From IMG/VR virus record IMGVR_UViG_3300036790_000296, positions 1 to 63,397 of that record: a DNA stretch of 63,397 bases; one strand, 5' to 3'. Source of the DNA: a virus. Taxonomy: Duplodnaviria; Caudoviricetes. The position numbers and the translations under genes are program-made. Under the pieces are notes generated by a model. It ran no database searches and was not told the origin of the DNA. It saw only the letters and a list, made by a program, of their open reading frames with translations. Shown here piece by piece: positions 49,201 to 56,414 of this stretch (its first letter is position 1; each line of letters opens with the position of its first letter).

Positions 49201-49309
49201 TGCCTTTTACTTTACCCGTAGCTGTAAAATAATGCACGTTAATAAATCCCACGGCCTCCGGTGAAGGCCATGGGACTATTCGCGCCATAAAATCTTCAAG
49301 ACTGGCCAA
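46265..49309 (-). CDS. Primase-helicase (RepB/AEP-like primase + DUF927-type helicase)
   Basis: WADVD, SGGGLHLYW, RVLRIPGT.N, Cys cluster, Walker A GQAGGNKTT. Confidence 0.85.
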   Translation of the reverse strand: MASLEDFMARIVPWPSPEAVGFINVHYFTATGKVKGMPGRPFIKLADFCGFIRWAVAHPGYINDLYFCLSQQSEVGAVVNNKARAKRLAQNAISFKAIWADVDVKPPPKGYATIEEAITAIGEFLKASGYPRPSAMVASGGGLHLYWVSDIALTPEEWMPYAEGLKAAILKHGLRADAGCTTDLVRVLRIPGTFNYKTSPPKPVKLLALQPTDYAFKSDLPAYTGPVGHLPVTATVSDCFDPSKFPKRALPPEGMESLSAGLVREFIPLDPAPIIKGCPFYKEALITGGKNHDQPLWNLVVLGTTFMENGHTLAHAMGNKYPGYDVASTDAMWSRKDKERQAGLGWPSCKAVQSNGCDLCASCEHFGKIKSPLNLAVAAQAVPVLPPFPTTQVVNGITVPAFPMPPGYDYDKKTGWIGFLYEKPIGQGNSVTQVAPLFLCDISRVWAEQNPDALHYTASMSKGHTRDITVKQEHFASTQSLTLTLSKQGVKFKPHARERLGEFHMDLLTKMHQAEEAKTSVPYGWWPKSGTPHGFAYDGQIIRDDGTVDPCGGGDQKLRNEFAPLGGLQPWFDAFRLVTSQNRPELEAIVAISFGAPLMRMTGYDNGTVSAYGQAGGNKTTAVLVATSVWGHPKRTKMPPGSSAKGVLKRVGEIRNLGAFWDDVQDDELDKVVTTTMELSPGVGAIKLRTDRTELDTGEWQSLLTITSNSSALEHMMKKNQNNAAAPYRTFEFNIPVPMSPVGRMASHEATLITQHLEENFGRMGQIYAAKLGRNPALVASRMRGTMTAISKLVKDIGPERFWIAISAAILVGADLANECIREVNPEGPYFNIDTLMLCLVKTFHTMRQRVNDANIIGGSAGHTENSLTGFFKASVANTAWTDTMHTGRGKPPVVALINCPNGNYPKAIHMRWIINDRLLRISKDNFVGYMMAQKRAAGPSIEGLKDHYNMHIPKKTMNIASGTNIQGGAETVFEIPVPPGSPLEEELFKHTPLDQRPVLPVNTPVVTGIRVAP

Positions 49310-49329
49310 GTTGCCCCCTTATGAAGCGC

Positions 49330-50376
49330 CTACGCCTTCATCAGGGCAGCAATACGCGCGTCCAGATCAGAGTCGGCCGCCGTGGCCTCGCCAACATCTT
49401 CCGCTGTTTGTGTAACAGCTTGCGGCGGTATAACTTCGCCGTTTAACACTGAGCTAGTAGGGGTTGCAAGCGCTACACCACCAAGTCCAGTATCCAGAGA
49501 CGCTAGATCGGCGGCGTTTTGTGTTACATTGGAAACTGTAGCAGCAGGGGCAGATGTCACGGCTAGCGAGCCCAAAACCGGCGATGCCCCACCGCCTTGA
49601 GTAGGGTTTGCCAGGGCACTCACAGGTTTACGTAGTTGGTCCTCGCCTGTAATCCGCAATGCCTGCGGATCATTGCGCAGCGGCAGCACAACCGGCCCCT
49701 CGGCATCCGTTAACGGTTGTAACGCGCGGAACACCATTTTAGGGTGCGCCTCGTTAGGGTCGAAACTTATACGCGTGATAAACGTAGAAAAGTGGAACCC
49801 CTGATTGGCCATGGTGTCACCCATAACCGAAAGATTACTTAGCGATGCGGGGGGTATCCGCAGGAACACCGGCTCCATAAGCGCCGTACCAAACATTTTT
49901 GTGGTTTGACTAGGCAACAACAAAACCGCAAGGCGCTTGTAGTCCGTGCATTCACGAGTCTTGCGGCCATCCTCGTTAGTTTTCCACACGTTACGAGCGC
50001 ACAATGCACACGTTTCAGACTGCTTCTGCGCCACGTCGTTATCAGGCACAATGCCGTCAATGGAGGCGCAGATAGGCCGCTTGCCGTCATTGTCGCTGCC
50101 CGGGTCGAACTTTTCATAGAATGACTTGGATTTTACCTGCGCCTGTCGCAGGATAATCACATCTATATATCCGGCCGGGGTGCCATCGTCAGGGCGCACG
50201 AATGTGTGCTTTTCGCCCTGTGAACGAAGCGACCAAACTTTACCCTTATACCCTACCACCGCGTAACTACTGCCGATGCCATCAGACAGGCTTTCAGCCG
50301 CTGGGTCGAGAGCCGCAAACGCCTGAGAGGGCTTTGCATTTTTGAAGGCTTCGCTTGCAACTATTTCATTAGCCAT
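49330..50376 (-). CDS. ssDNA-binding or annealing protein (putative)
   Basis: Cys motifs (C.S.DG..P, CALC..N, C...KRLAV), LRIPPASL, acidic C-terminal tail; replication cluster. Confidence 0.65.
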   Translation of the reverse strand: MANEIVASEAFKNAKPSQAFAALDPAAESLSDGIGSSYAVVGYKGKVWSLRSQGEKHTFVRPDDGTPAGYIDVIILRQAQVKSKSFYEKFDPGSDNDGKRPICASIDGIVPDNDVAQKQSETCALCARNVWKTNEDGRKTRECTDYKRLAVLLLPSQTTKMFGTALMEPVFLRIPPASLSNLSVMGDTMANQGFHFSTFITRISFDPNEAHPKMVFRALQPLTDAEGPVVLPLRNDPQALRITGEDQLRKPVSALANPTQGGGASPVLGSLAVTSAPAATVSNVTQNAADLASLDTGLGGVALATPTSSVLNGEVIPPQAVTQTAEDVGEATAADSDLDARIAALMKA

Positions 50377-50410
50377 TGTAGTCTCCTAGGGGTTGTTACC
50401 GGCACGGTAA

Positions 50411-50836
50411 TTACTCGGCGTCAGGCTCGCCCTTTTTAGTTGGGCGGCGAACGCCCACAGTTTTCATGGCATTCAAATTGCACCCGGGAGGGAGCGTTCC
50501 GTTGGCTTTTACGAACTCTTGAACACCGGTCGCGTTTGCACGGCGGTCCATCAGACCCCAATTTTGTGTTTGTTTAACATAGTTCATAAACGCTTCCGGG
50601 TCAGCGAGCGAAGCCGTGTATCTTGTGGAGGCGATACACGTTCCATGTTGGGTTCTTATACTCGTTGCACCGGCTTTGTCAATAGCTGATTGCAGCCACC
50701 CTAAAACCGCTTCCTGAAGATCAGCTAAAGGCTTGCGTTCGGCTGCATGCCGATCATCCAGTTTCTTAAGCGCATCACGTATATCTATCGCTTGCTTCAC
50801 ACGCTTGTCAACAGTTGTTTCTGGTTGGTCAGCCAT
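50411..50836 (-). CDS. Conserved replication-cluster protein
   Basis: Coiled coil, SIRT..GT and LPPG motifs; adjacent to SSB-like gene. Confidence 0.7.
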   Translation of the reverse strand: MADQPETTVDKRVKQAIDIRDALKKLDDRHAAERKPLADLQEAVLGWLQSAIDKAGATSIRTQHGTCIASTRYTASLADPEAFMNYVKQTQNWGLMDRRANATGVQEFVKANGTLPPGCNLNAMKTVGVRRPTKKGEPDAE

Positions 50837-51068
50837 TTTTCTTCCTTTCCTTTACTGGTATATAAGCATGCGCCCTATGCCGGCGCATCATTGCGGTAGA
50901 CCGATTTGCGCGCGACGCCCTATACGTTATTTTTCCTTTTCGTACCCTAAATTCATAATGATGTACAAGGCCGCAGTCACAACAAGCCCAATATTGGTGG
51001 GCGTGTTTCATAGTTCTGCGTTCGCCATTGTACATAGTTGGCCATTTTTTGCCGTTTCCGCGTTTCAT
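50829..51068 (-). CDS. Small CCDCGLVH Zn-ribbon-like protein, paralog A
   Basis: ACCDCGLVHHYEFRV. Confidence 0.7.
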   Translation of the reverse strand: MKRGNGKKWPTMYNGERRTMKHAHQYWACCDCGLVHHYEFRVRKGKITYRASRANRSTAMMRRHRAHAYIPVKERKKNG

Positions 51069-51213
51069 GGCAATCCCGCCGCTTTACACAATACAAAAAC
51101 GCACGTTTCCAATACACCAGAAAGTAGCATGGCAACCAATAAAGAGCCACCAGCTTCAGCCGTTAGACTTCCCGAAAATAAACCAACTGGTATTGCTAGT
51201 ACAAGTCCTGTGT

Positions 51214-51447
51214 TCATTTACGCCTCCTAATATATCTGTGTTTCCGATTGCGCCGGTTACGTTGTGTTTCAAGGATATCTCGAAAACCTTGGTTTTCCAA
51301 ATACCATCCCTTTCCACTAGGAAATGGAGTAACCCTAAAATTATACAAATGAACAAGCCCACAGTCGCAGCACGCAATTCGAAAATCTTTACTGACTATC
51401 CCGCGCCACACCCCTTCGGATATGCTTAAATATTTTTTAGTTTTCAT
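51214..51447 (-). CDS. Small CCDCGLVH Zn-ribbon-like protein, paralog B
   Basis: ACCDCGLVHLYNFRV; ATGA coupling. Confidence 0.7.
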   Translation of the reverse strand: MKTKKYLSISEGVWRGIVSKDFRIACCDCGLVHLYNFRVTPFPSGKGWYLENQGFRDILETQRNRRNRKHRYIRRRK

Positions 51448-53000
51448 AGCTCGCCTCGTTTCGCTGTTGCTTCCTCGAACATATCCAATAGTTGATTTTG
51501 TATTTTCTGTTTACTACGTAGTAACGCATATATCTTCTTCTCCACTGCGGTAGCCTGTAAATGCAGTAATTGCTGTTTATGTTGCTGCCCAATACGGCGA
51601 ATACGCGCATTTGCTTGATCGTATACTTCCAGCGAAGTAATAGGCATGTACCAAATGCATGTATCGGCAGCAGTTAGCGTTAGACCGTGATGGATGCAAC
51701 CAGGGTGCGCCAGCATCACCTTGTATTTGTCGGTATTCTGGAAAAGGTTAAAAACTTGCTCCCTATTGGTCGTATCACCGTGCACCATGCAAAAATCAAA
51801 TTTCATCGTGAGGCGGTCAAATACATCGCCTATGCCTTCTATCATATGCCGGTACGGGATAAATACGATCACCTTTTGCTCGGCGGACTCTATAAGGTCC
51901 ACAAGCGTTGCAATTCTTGGACTGGCATCCAGCCGCACGAACTCAGGGGCTTTAGTATAAACCCATCCCCCCGCTATTTGTAGCAGTTTATTCATAGCTG
52001 CGCCAGCATTCAGGGCTGTAATTTGCTTGTCTGCCACCATGGCCACAAGCTCTTTTTTAACCTTGTCATACAGCTTGGATTGCTGCGGGCTCATATCCAC
52101 ATCGATAAGACGAGGGATCATAGGTGGTAGCTCTACCACATCGTCCAACGCGTACCGCACGGAAGGCTGTAACATCCGGAACGCCGTGTCAATAGCATTC
52201 GGTTTTGGCTTCCATATATAATTGCTTATCCGGGTCATCAGGAGCATTTGCGCATCCCGTTTGCTTCCAGGAGCCGTACCGGGCGTAACGATTTTAGCTT
52301 GCGCCCATACGTCAGGCGGCTCATTAGGCATGGGGGCACCAGTCATCCCCCACACTATCTGGAAATGCTGCGCGAACTTACGCATCATCTTGGAGCGGTC
52401 GGAATTATTTCTGTACACCGCCAACTCGTCGATTATCAAACACGTAATATCCGGCCGCGTCATCAGTTCGTCATATACCACTCTAAGGCCATCGTGATTT
52501 ATCACGTATATATCCGCATCTTCGGCAAGCGCATCCAACCGGTTTTGTCTGCTACCGTGAACGATTGCTACCTTGCGCCCCGGCAGCGTACGAAACGCTT
52601 CCGCGCGCCACACGAATTTCAGGGTGCTAAGGGGAGCCACCACAAGCACCTTTTTGGTCATGCTAGCTTTGTTAAGGCAATCCCACGCCCACAGGGCTGA
52701 TTTTGTCTTGCCGGTCCCCATGGCGTTCAGCACGTAGGCGCGGGGGTTCTCGGTAAGGAGTGCCACTGTAGCTCGCTGTACAGCGTAAGGCGGCTTGGTG
52801 CCCGTGATCCAGTCATAGTAAAGTAAAAACGGGTTTGGCACTTGGTAGCCCAAATGCCTGCACAGCAGCGTCTCGGCAATGCCGTGCTTAATTATCAAAT
52901 TACCGTCCGGTAATTTTAACGCATCTGGAAAAAGGCTTACTGCTCCCGGTGTATTGGGGACAACAAGCTTTTGGTGTTTGTGTGAAACGATTACGGGCAC
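51444..53000 (-). CDS. SNF2-family helicase
   Basis: MGTGKT, VVAPLS, IIDE, MTGAP, HGLTLT, QANARIRRIGQ. Confidence 0.92.
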   Translation of the reverse strand: MPVIVSHKHQKLVVPNTPGAVSLFPDALKLPDGNLIIKHGIAETLLCRHLGYQVPNPFLLYYDWITGTKPPYAVQRATVALLTENPRAYVLNAMGTGKTKSALWAWDCLNKASMTKKVLVVAPLSTLKFVWRAEAFRTLPGRKVAIVHGSRQNRLDALAEDADIYVINHDGLRVVYDELMTRPDITCLIIDELAVYRNNSDRSKMMRKFAQHFQIVWGMTGAPMPNEPPDVWAQAKIVTPGTAPGSKRDAQMLLMTRISNYIWKPKPNAIDTAFRMLQPSVRYALDDVVELPPMIPRLIDVDMSPQQSKLYDKVKKELVAMVADKQITALNAGAAMNKLLQIAGGWVYTKAPEFVRLDASPRIATLVDLIESAEQKVIVFIPYRHMIEGIGDVFDRLTMKFDFCMVHGDTTNREQVFNLFQNTDKYKVMLAHPGCIHHGLTLTAADTCIWYMPITSLEVYDQANARIRRIGQQHKQQLLHLQATAVEKKIYALLRSKQKIQNQLLDMFEEATAKRGEL

Positions 53001-53308
53001 CGTATTTCCTCGGCTAGTTTGCAACAGGCACCTATTACGCCCAGCGCCTTGAGCAGCGAAATATCGTCATCTACAACGAACACAAGTCCGTGGGCGTTAG
53101 TTATGGCGGCTATAGTATGTTCTTGGCGCGGTGTGGGCTTCTTGCCTTTTGCTTTTGTTTCTATCGCTATGAACCACCCGCCAGCGCATATCAGGCAGTC
53201 GAGCGTGGTAGCTCCTATACCCATTTGTACTGGCCAAAAATTATACTGGCGCGCCAGTTTCGCTAGCTCACGTTTTAGTTTTGCTTTTATCCGGCCTTCC
53301 GGGGTCAT
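52991..53308 (-). CDS. VRR-NUC nuclease
   Basis: TPEGRIK...LD...IETK...PTPRQ. Confidence 0.85.
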   Translation of the reverse strand: MTPEGRIKAKLKRELAKLARQYNFWPVQMGIGATTLDCLICAGGWFIAIETKAKGKKPTPRQEHTIAAITNAHGLVFVVDDDISLLKALGVIGACCKLAEEIRCP

Positions 53309-53483
53309 ATTCGTTCCACTCGTTTCGCCAAGCACATACTTTTTCAGCAACTGTCTCGCCGTAATATATTTCGTGACCGGGCCAAGCTGCGACCGTTCCT
53401 ATTTTCCACAATACCCACACTTTTGCTCCGCTAAGTTTTGTTAGCGTGTGTAACACAAACATTTCCCGGCTAGCGTGGGTCAT
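53268..53483 (-). CDS. Small Trp-rich protein, tandem paralog A
   Basis: SGAKVW..W...WP...AEKVCAWRNEWNEYDP. Confidence 0.7.
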   Translation of the reverse strand: MTHASREMFVLHTLTKLSGAKVWVLWKIGTVAAWPGHEIYYGETVAEKVCAWRNEWNEYDPGRPDKSKTKT

Positions 53484-53670
53484 ATTTGCCCCACTCGTTT
53501 CGCCAATCACATACTTTTTCAGCAATCGCCTTAGTGCGATATTGGTTTTGATTGGGCCAAATTATGGCTGCGTTCGTTGCTGTCCATATTTTCCACACTT
53601 TTTCTCCGCTAGTATTTATTGCTTCATATATCACAAATAACTTTTGGCTAGCGCGTGGTGCATGGCTCAC
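53470..53670 (-). CDS. Small Trp-rich protein, tandem paralog B
   Basis: SGEKVW..W...WP...AEKVCDWRNEWGKYDP; GTGA coupling. Confidence 0.7.
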   Translation of the reverse strand: MSHAPRASQKLFVIYEAINTSGEKVWKIWTATNAAIIWPNQNQYRTKAIAEKVCDWRNEWGKYDPR

Positions 53671-53924
53671 AGCTTTACCGCAATATACTCGCACACCCCC
53701 GCAATAACGCGGCGTTGAACGAGCGCACATGTTTTATCGCCGGTATCACGCCATTGCCCATGCAATTCGTCCCACCGCATACCAGCAGCTTTCCACGCTG
53801 CGTTTGCGGTTTCGCGCGCAACCGCATTGAATTGGCGGTCAAACATCAATAGACCGCGATGGTACATTATTTCTGTACCGCATTTAGCTACGGAAATTGC
53901 TTTGAGAAATACTGATCGTTCCAT
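53667..53924 (-). CDS. Hypothetical protein
   Basis: AGGAG SD; YHRGLL..DR...LVQRR...YIA pattern. Confidence 0.7.
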   Translation of the reverse strand: MERSVFLKAISVAKCGTEIMYHRGLLMFDRQFNAVARETANAAWKAAGMRWDELHGQWRDTGDKTCALVQRRVIAGVCEYIAVKL

Positions 53925-53990
53925 GGGAACTCCTGTGTTTGTAAACGCAGTATACCATGGAATAGCGTAAAAAGTACAGTAACTTATATG

Positions 53991-54659
53991 TTATCGGTGA
54001 GATTTACCGTGAAACGGGCACGACATAACCGGGCACCATTTATAGCAGAGCTTGCCCGGTTTAGGCGGATACGTCATTGTAACAGCCGCGTTTTCTAGCT
54101 CTTTGATACGCGGCAACAGCCCCACCCACCCCCCAGCTACATCGGCGCGTGTATAAATTTCAGGCGTCGAGCAGTCATCTTTCAACCACACGTATTCAGA
54201 ACGCACCACTTTGACGTTGGGAAAATGTGCGAATATACATTGTGCCATCAACATCAATTGCACGCTATCGACCAGAACTTTTCCAGTTTTCCAATCGAGA
54301 ATAAGCGCCACAGGGCCGTCGATACGCACCACATCCCCAATACCGCGATACCACGCATTATCGGCGAACCAGCTAGTAGGCTGAAAATCTTTTGTTATAG
54401 CATATTTCTTCTCTACCTGTAGCTCTCCTGGTCCGTCCAATACCCTATCCACCCATTTCTGGTAATCCCTCATAGTATCGGGGAGGGGGGTTTTGTTTTT
54501 TATGGCAGCAGCAAGCGCACCATGCACTTCGTTACCCCACACCAGCGCTTCGCCGCCTTCGTCCGAATAGTTCTTAGCTAAGTCTACTTCATAGTGCCGC
54601 TTTGGGCATGTGTCGTAGTTTTTTAGCTTAGAAAATGACCACGACCATGATTTGGTCAT
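53991..54659 (-). CDS. PD-(D/E)XK Cas4-like exonuclease
   Basis: SFSKL...CP, GNEVH, D...DWKTGK, Q, C-terminal CxxxC....C. Confidence 0.88.
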   Translation of the reverse strand: MTKSWSWSFSKLKNYDTCPKRHYEVDLAKNYSDEGGEALVWGNEVHGALAAAIKNKTPLPDTMRDYQKWVDRVLDGPGELQVEKKYAITKDFQPTSWFADNAWYRGIGDVVRIDGPVALILDWKTGKVLVDSVQLMLMAQCIFAHFPNVKVVRSEYVWLKDDCSTPEIYTRADVAGGWVGLLPRIKELENAAVTMTYPPKPGKLCYKWCPVMSCPFHGKSHR

Positions 54660-54687
54660 ATGAAAATACCCCCTACATTGTGTTCAG

Positions 54688-55014
54688 TTATACTCGCTCC
54701 GCTTGACGCGCCAACAGTTCCTCGGCTTCCAGTTCTTCTTCCAGCAGCGCAAATGAACGCCACACCAGTTTACCCGAATGCCGTTGCCCATCGCTGTCCC
54801 GGGTCCCATGTTCCAGCAGGTGCCGCGCTATACAATCCGCATGGTCGGTTGATTTTTCTCGTGCCCAATGCAACGGTTGCCCGGGGTTATGCTGGTCGTT
54901 CCCAGCTTTGGATACCCGAGCGACTTCCGCCATAGCACGTGGGAAGTATTTCATAACACCAGAATATATGGGGGTAGCTTTCCGCTCCGCAGCGTCATCG
55001 GGAAGTATGCTCAT
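54688..55014 (-). CDS. dATP/dGTP diphosphohydrolase-like (DUF5664-type)
   Basis: YFP.A..EVA.VS..GN.QH....LHW...KS.DH.D...RH...DSDG..H. Confidence 0.75.
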   Translation of the reverse strand: MSILPDDAAERKATPIYSGVMKYFPRAMAEVARVSKAGNDQHNPGQPLHWAREKSTDHADCIARHLLEHGTRDSDGQRHSGKLVWRSFALLEEELEAEELLARQAERV

Positions 55015-55016
55015 AG

Positions 55017-55361
55017 CTATATCTCCTTTAGGCCCAATGCGCGCGCCAGTGCACGCTCTGCGGCTGCGCCCTTGCTACCTTCCCATCCGGGCAATAACAC
55101 TATGGCTTCGGCTTTTAGGGCGATCCACCGCATATTATCAGCTAGGGCCTCGCGCAAATTAAACCCATGCTGTTCAGTAGCCAGCGCTTCATCGCCAGTC
55201 AGATTGTCCTTGGATATATCAGTGCCGTGGTCCTCGTTATCGCGTTCTGCGGGACTGAATACCTCATGCCCCTCTGCACGCAATTTAGCCGCAACAGCAG
55301 CAAATGCCGGGAAGTTAAAATTCTTGCACCCACGCATCGGTCCTGCGATATATATTTTCAT
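55017..55361 (-). CDS. DUF4406 / nucleoside deoxyribosyltransferase-fold protein
   Basis: IYIAGPMRG..NFNFPAF...LPGWEGSKGA..E. Confidence 0.8.
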   Translation of the reverse strand: MKIYIAGPMRGCKNFNFPAFAAVAAKLRAEGHEVFSPAERDNEDHGTDISKDNLTGDEALATEQHGFNLREALADNMRWIALKAEAIVLLPGWEGSKGAAAERALARALGLKEI

Positions 55362-55795
55362 TTGAGTTTCTCCATCAGGTCTTCGGGGTTAAAGAACACA
55401 CGGTCTGCGAATTGATACATTACATCCCACCGTGTTTCGGGGTCATCGCATGGATGGTCAAACAAAACATACCCTATTTTATCCTTCCCAAGCGCCCAGC
55501 CAAACTCTAGGTGGCCGGATTTACCGGCCGGTAACACCAAAATCACCGTATCACATCGCTCCAAATGGTGCAAGTCAAACTCAAATACATGCCGTGCTGC
55601 GTACCCTTCTAGCGCCTGTTGGTAGTTGTTACCGCGCTCCTGCTCGTACCGTTTCCACTCGTCATCCGCATGAGGCCCGGCTGCGTGCCAGTCGTCAAAA
55701 ACTTCGCATCCAATTTCCCGTAGCCTGGCAGCCAGAGCAGGTACAGCGGCGTTTCTGAGCGACCCAATTAGATAAACAACCGGATTATTTTTCAT
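55358..55795 (-). CDS. Nucleoside 2-deoxyribosyltransferase-like protein
   Basis: VYLIGS...FEFD...L..CD...LVLPAGKSGHLE.GW..G. Confidence 0.75.
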   Translation of the reverse strand: MKNNPVVYLIGSLRNAAVPALAARLREIGCEVFDDWHAAGPHADDEWKRYEQERGNNYQQALEGYAARHVFEFDLHHLERCDTVILVLPAGKSGHLEFGWALGKDKIGYVLFDHPCDDPETRWDVMYQFADRVFFNPEDLMEKLK

Positions 55796-55937
55796 GACGC
55801 AAACAGGAACGCAAGTGCGCCGTATCCTATTGCCCACGCTAAAAACGCGACGCCTGCGGCTCCATTGTTTTGGCTAAACCAACATAGCGACGATGCCACA
55901 CATAGAATGCCAATCATTGACATGAAAATTGACTGTA

Positions 55938-56414
55938 TCATTTACTGTTCTCCGGTGGTTTATCATAAAGCGACCGGGCGTAGGCCAGCGGCGGGCTTAC
56001 CCACTTGTTGGTGCGTGCGTCCCATCTCTGCCCGAGATGCTTGGCTTCGGTTGCAGCCGCTTTGGCTTTAGCCTTCGCTTCACGCGATACCTTAAGTGCG
56101 TTCGCCTTGTCCTCTTTGCCTGTTGTTAGCTCGGCTATAACCCGAATATCATTTTCGGTGAGCGGGTACATTCGGCGGCACGAAGGCACTGGGGGCAAAA
56201 CCGGCTCACGCACGGTTTCATGCTCACCTGAATGAGGCATTGCCATCACCCCAGCGTCCTCGCGCCACTCGTTTTCGCCGATATCACGGCGAAGAAATTC
56301 CGGAATATCCTCGAATGGTTCTGGCATTACCGGCGCGGTAATTTCCGGCGCGGCGTCGCCGTCACACTTATCCTGCGCGCCCGCGCACGCGTTTATGGTT
56401 TCATCTTCTGTCAT
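55938..56414 (-). CDS. Hypothetical protein
   Basis: GGAG SD; ATGA overlap with the polymerase stop; DIPEFLRR motif. Confidence 0.65.
   Translation of the reverse strand: MTEDETINACAGAQDKCDGDAAPEITAPVMPEPFEDIPEFLRRDIGENEWREDAGVMAMPHSGEHETVREPVLPPVPSCRRMYPLTENDIRVIAELTTGKEDKANALKVSREAKAKAKAAATEAKHLGQRWDARTNKWVSPPLAYARSLYDKPPENSK

Noticed and set aside
53268-53670. DGR template/variable repeat pair
   Set aside because: No reverse transcriptase in the genome, differences are not adenine-specific, and both copies are coding.
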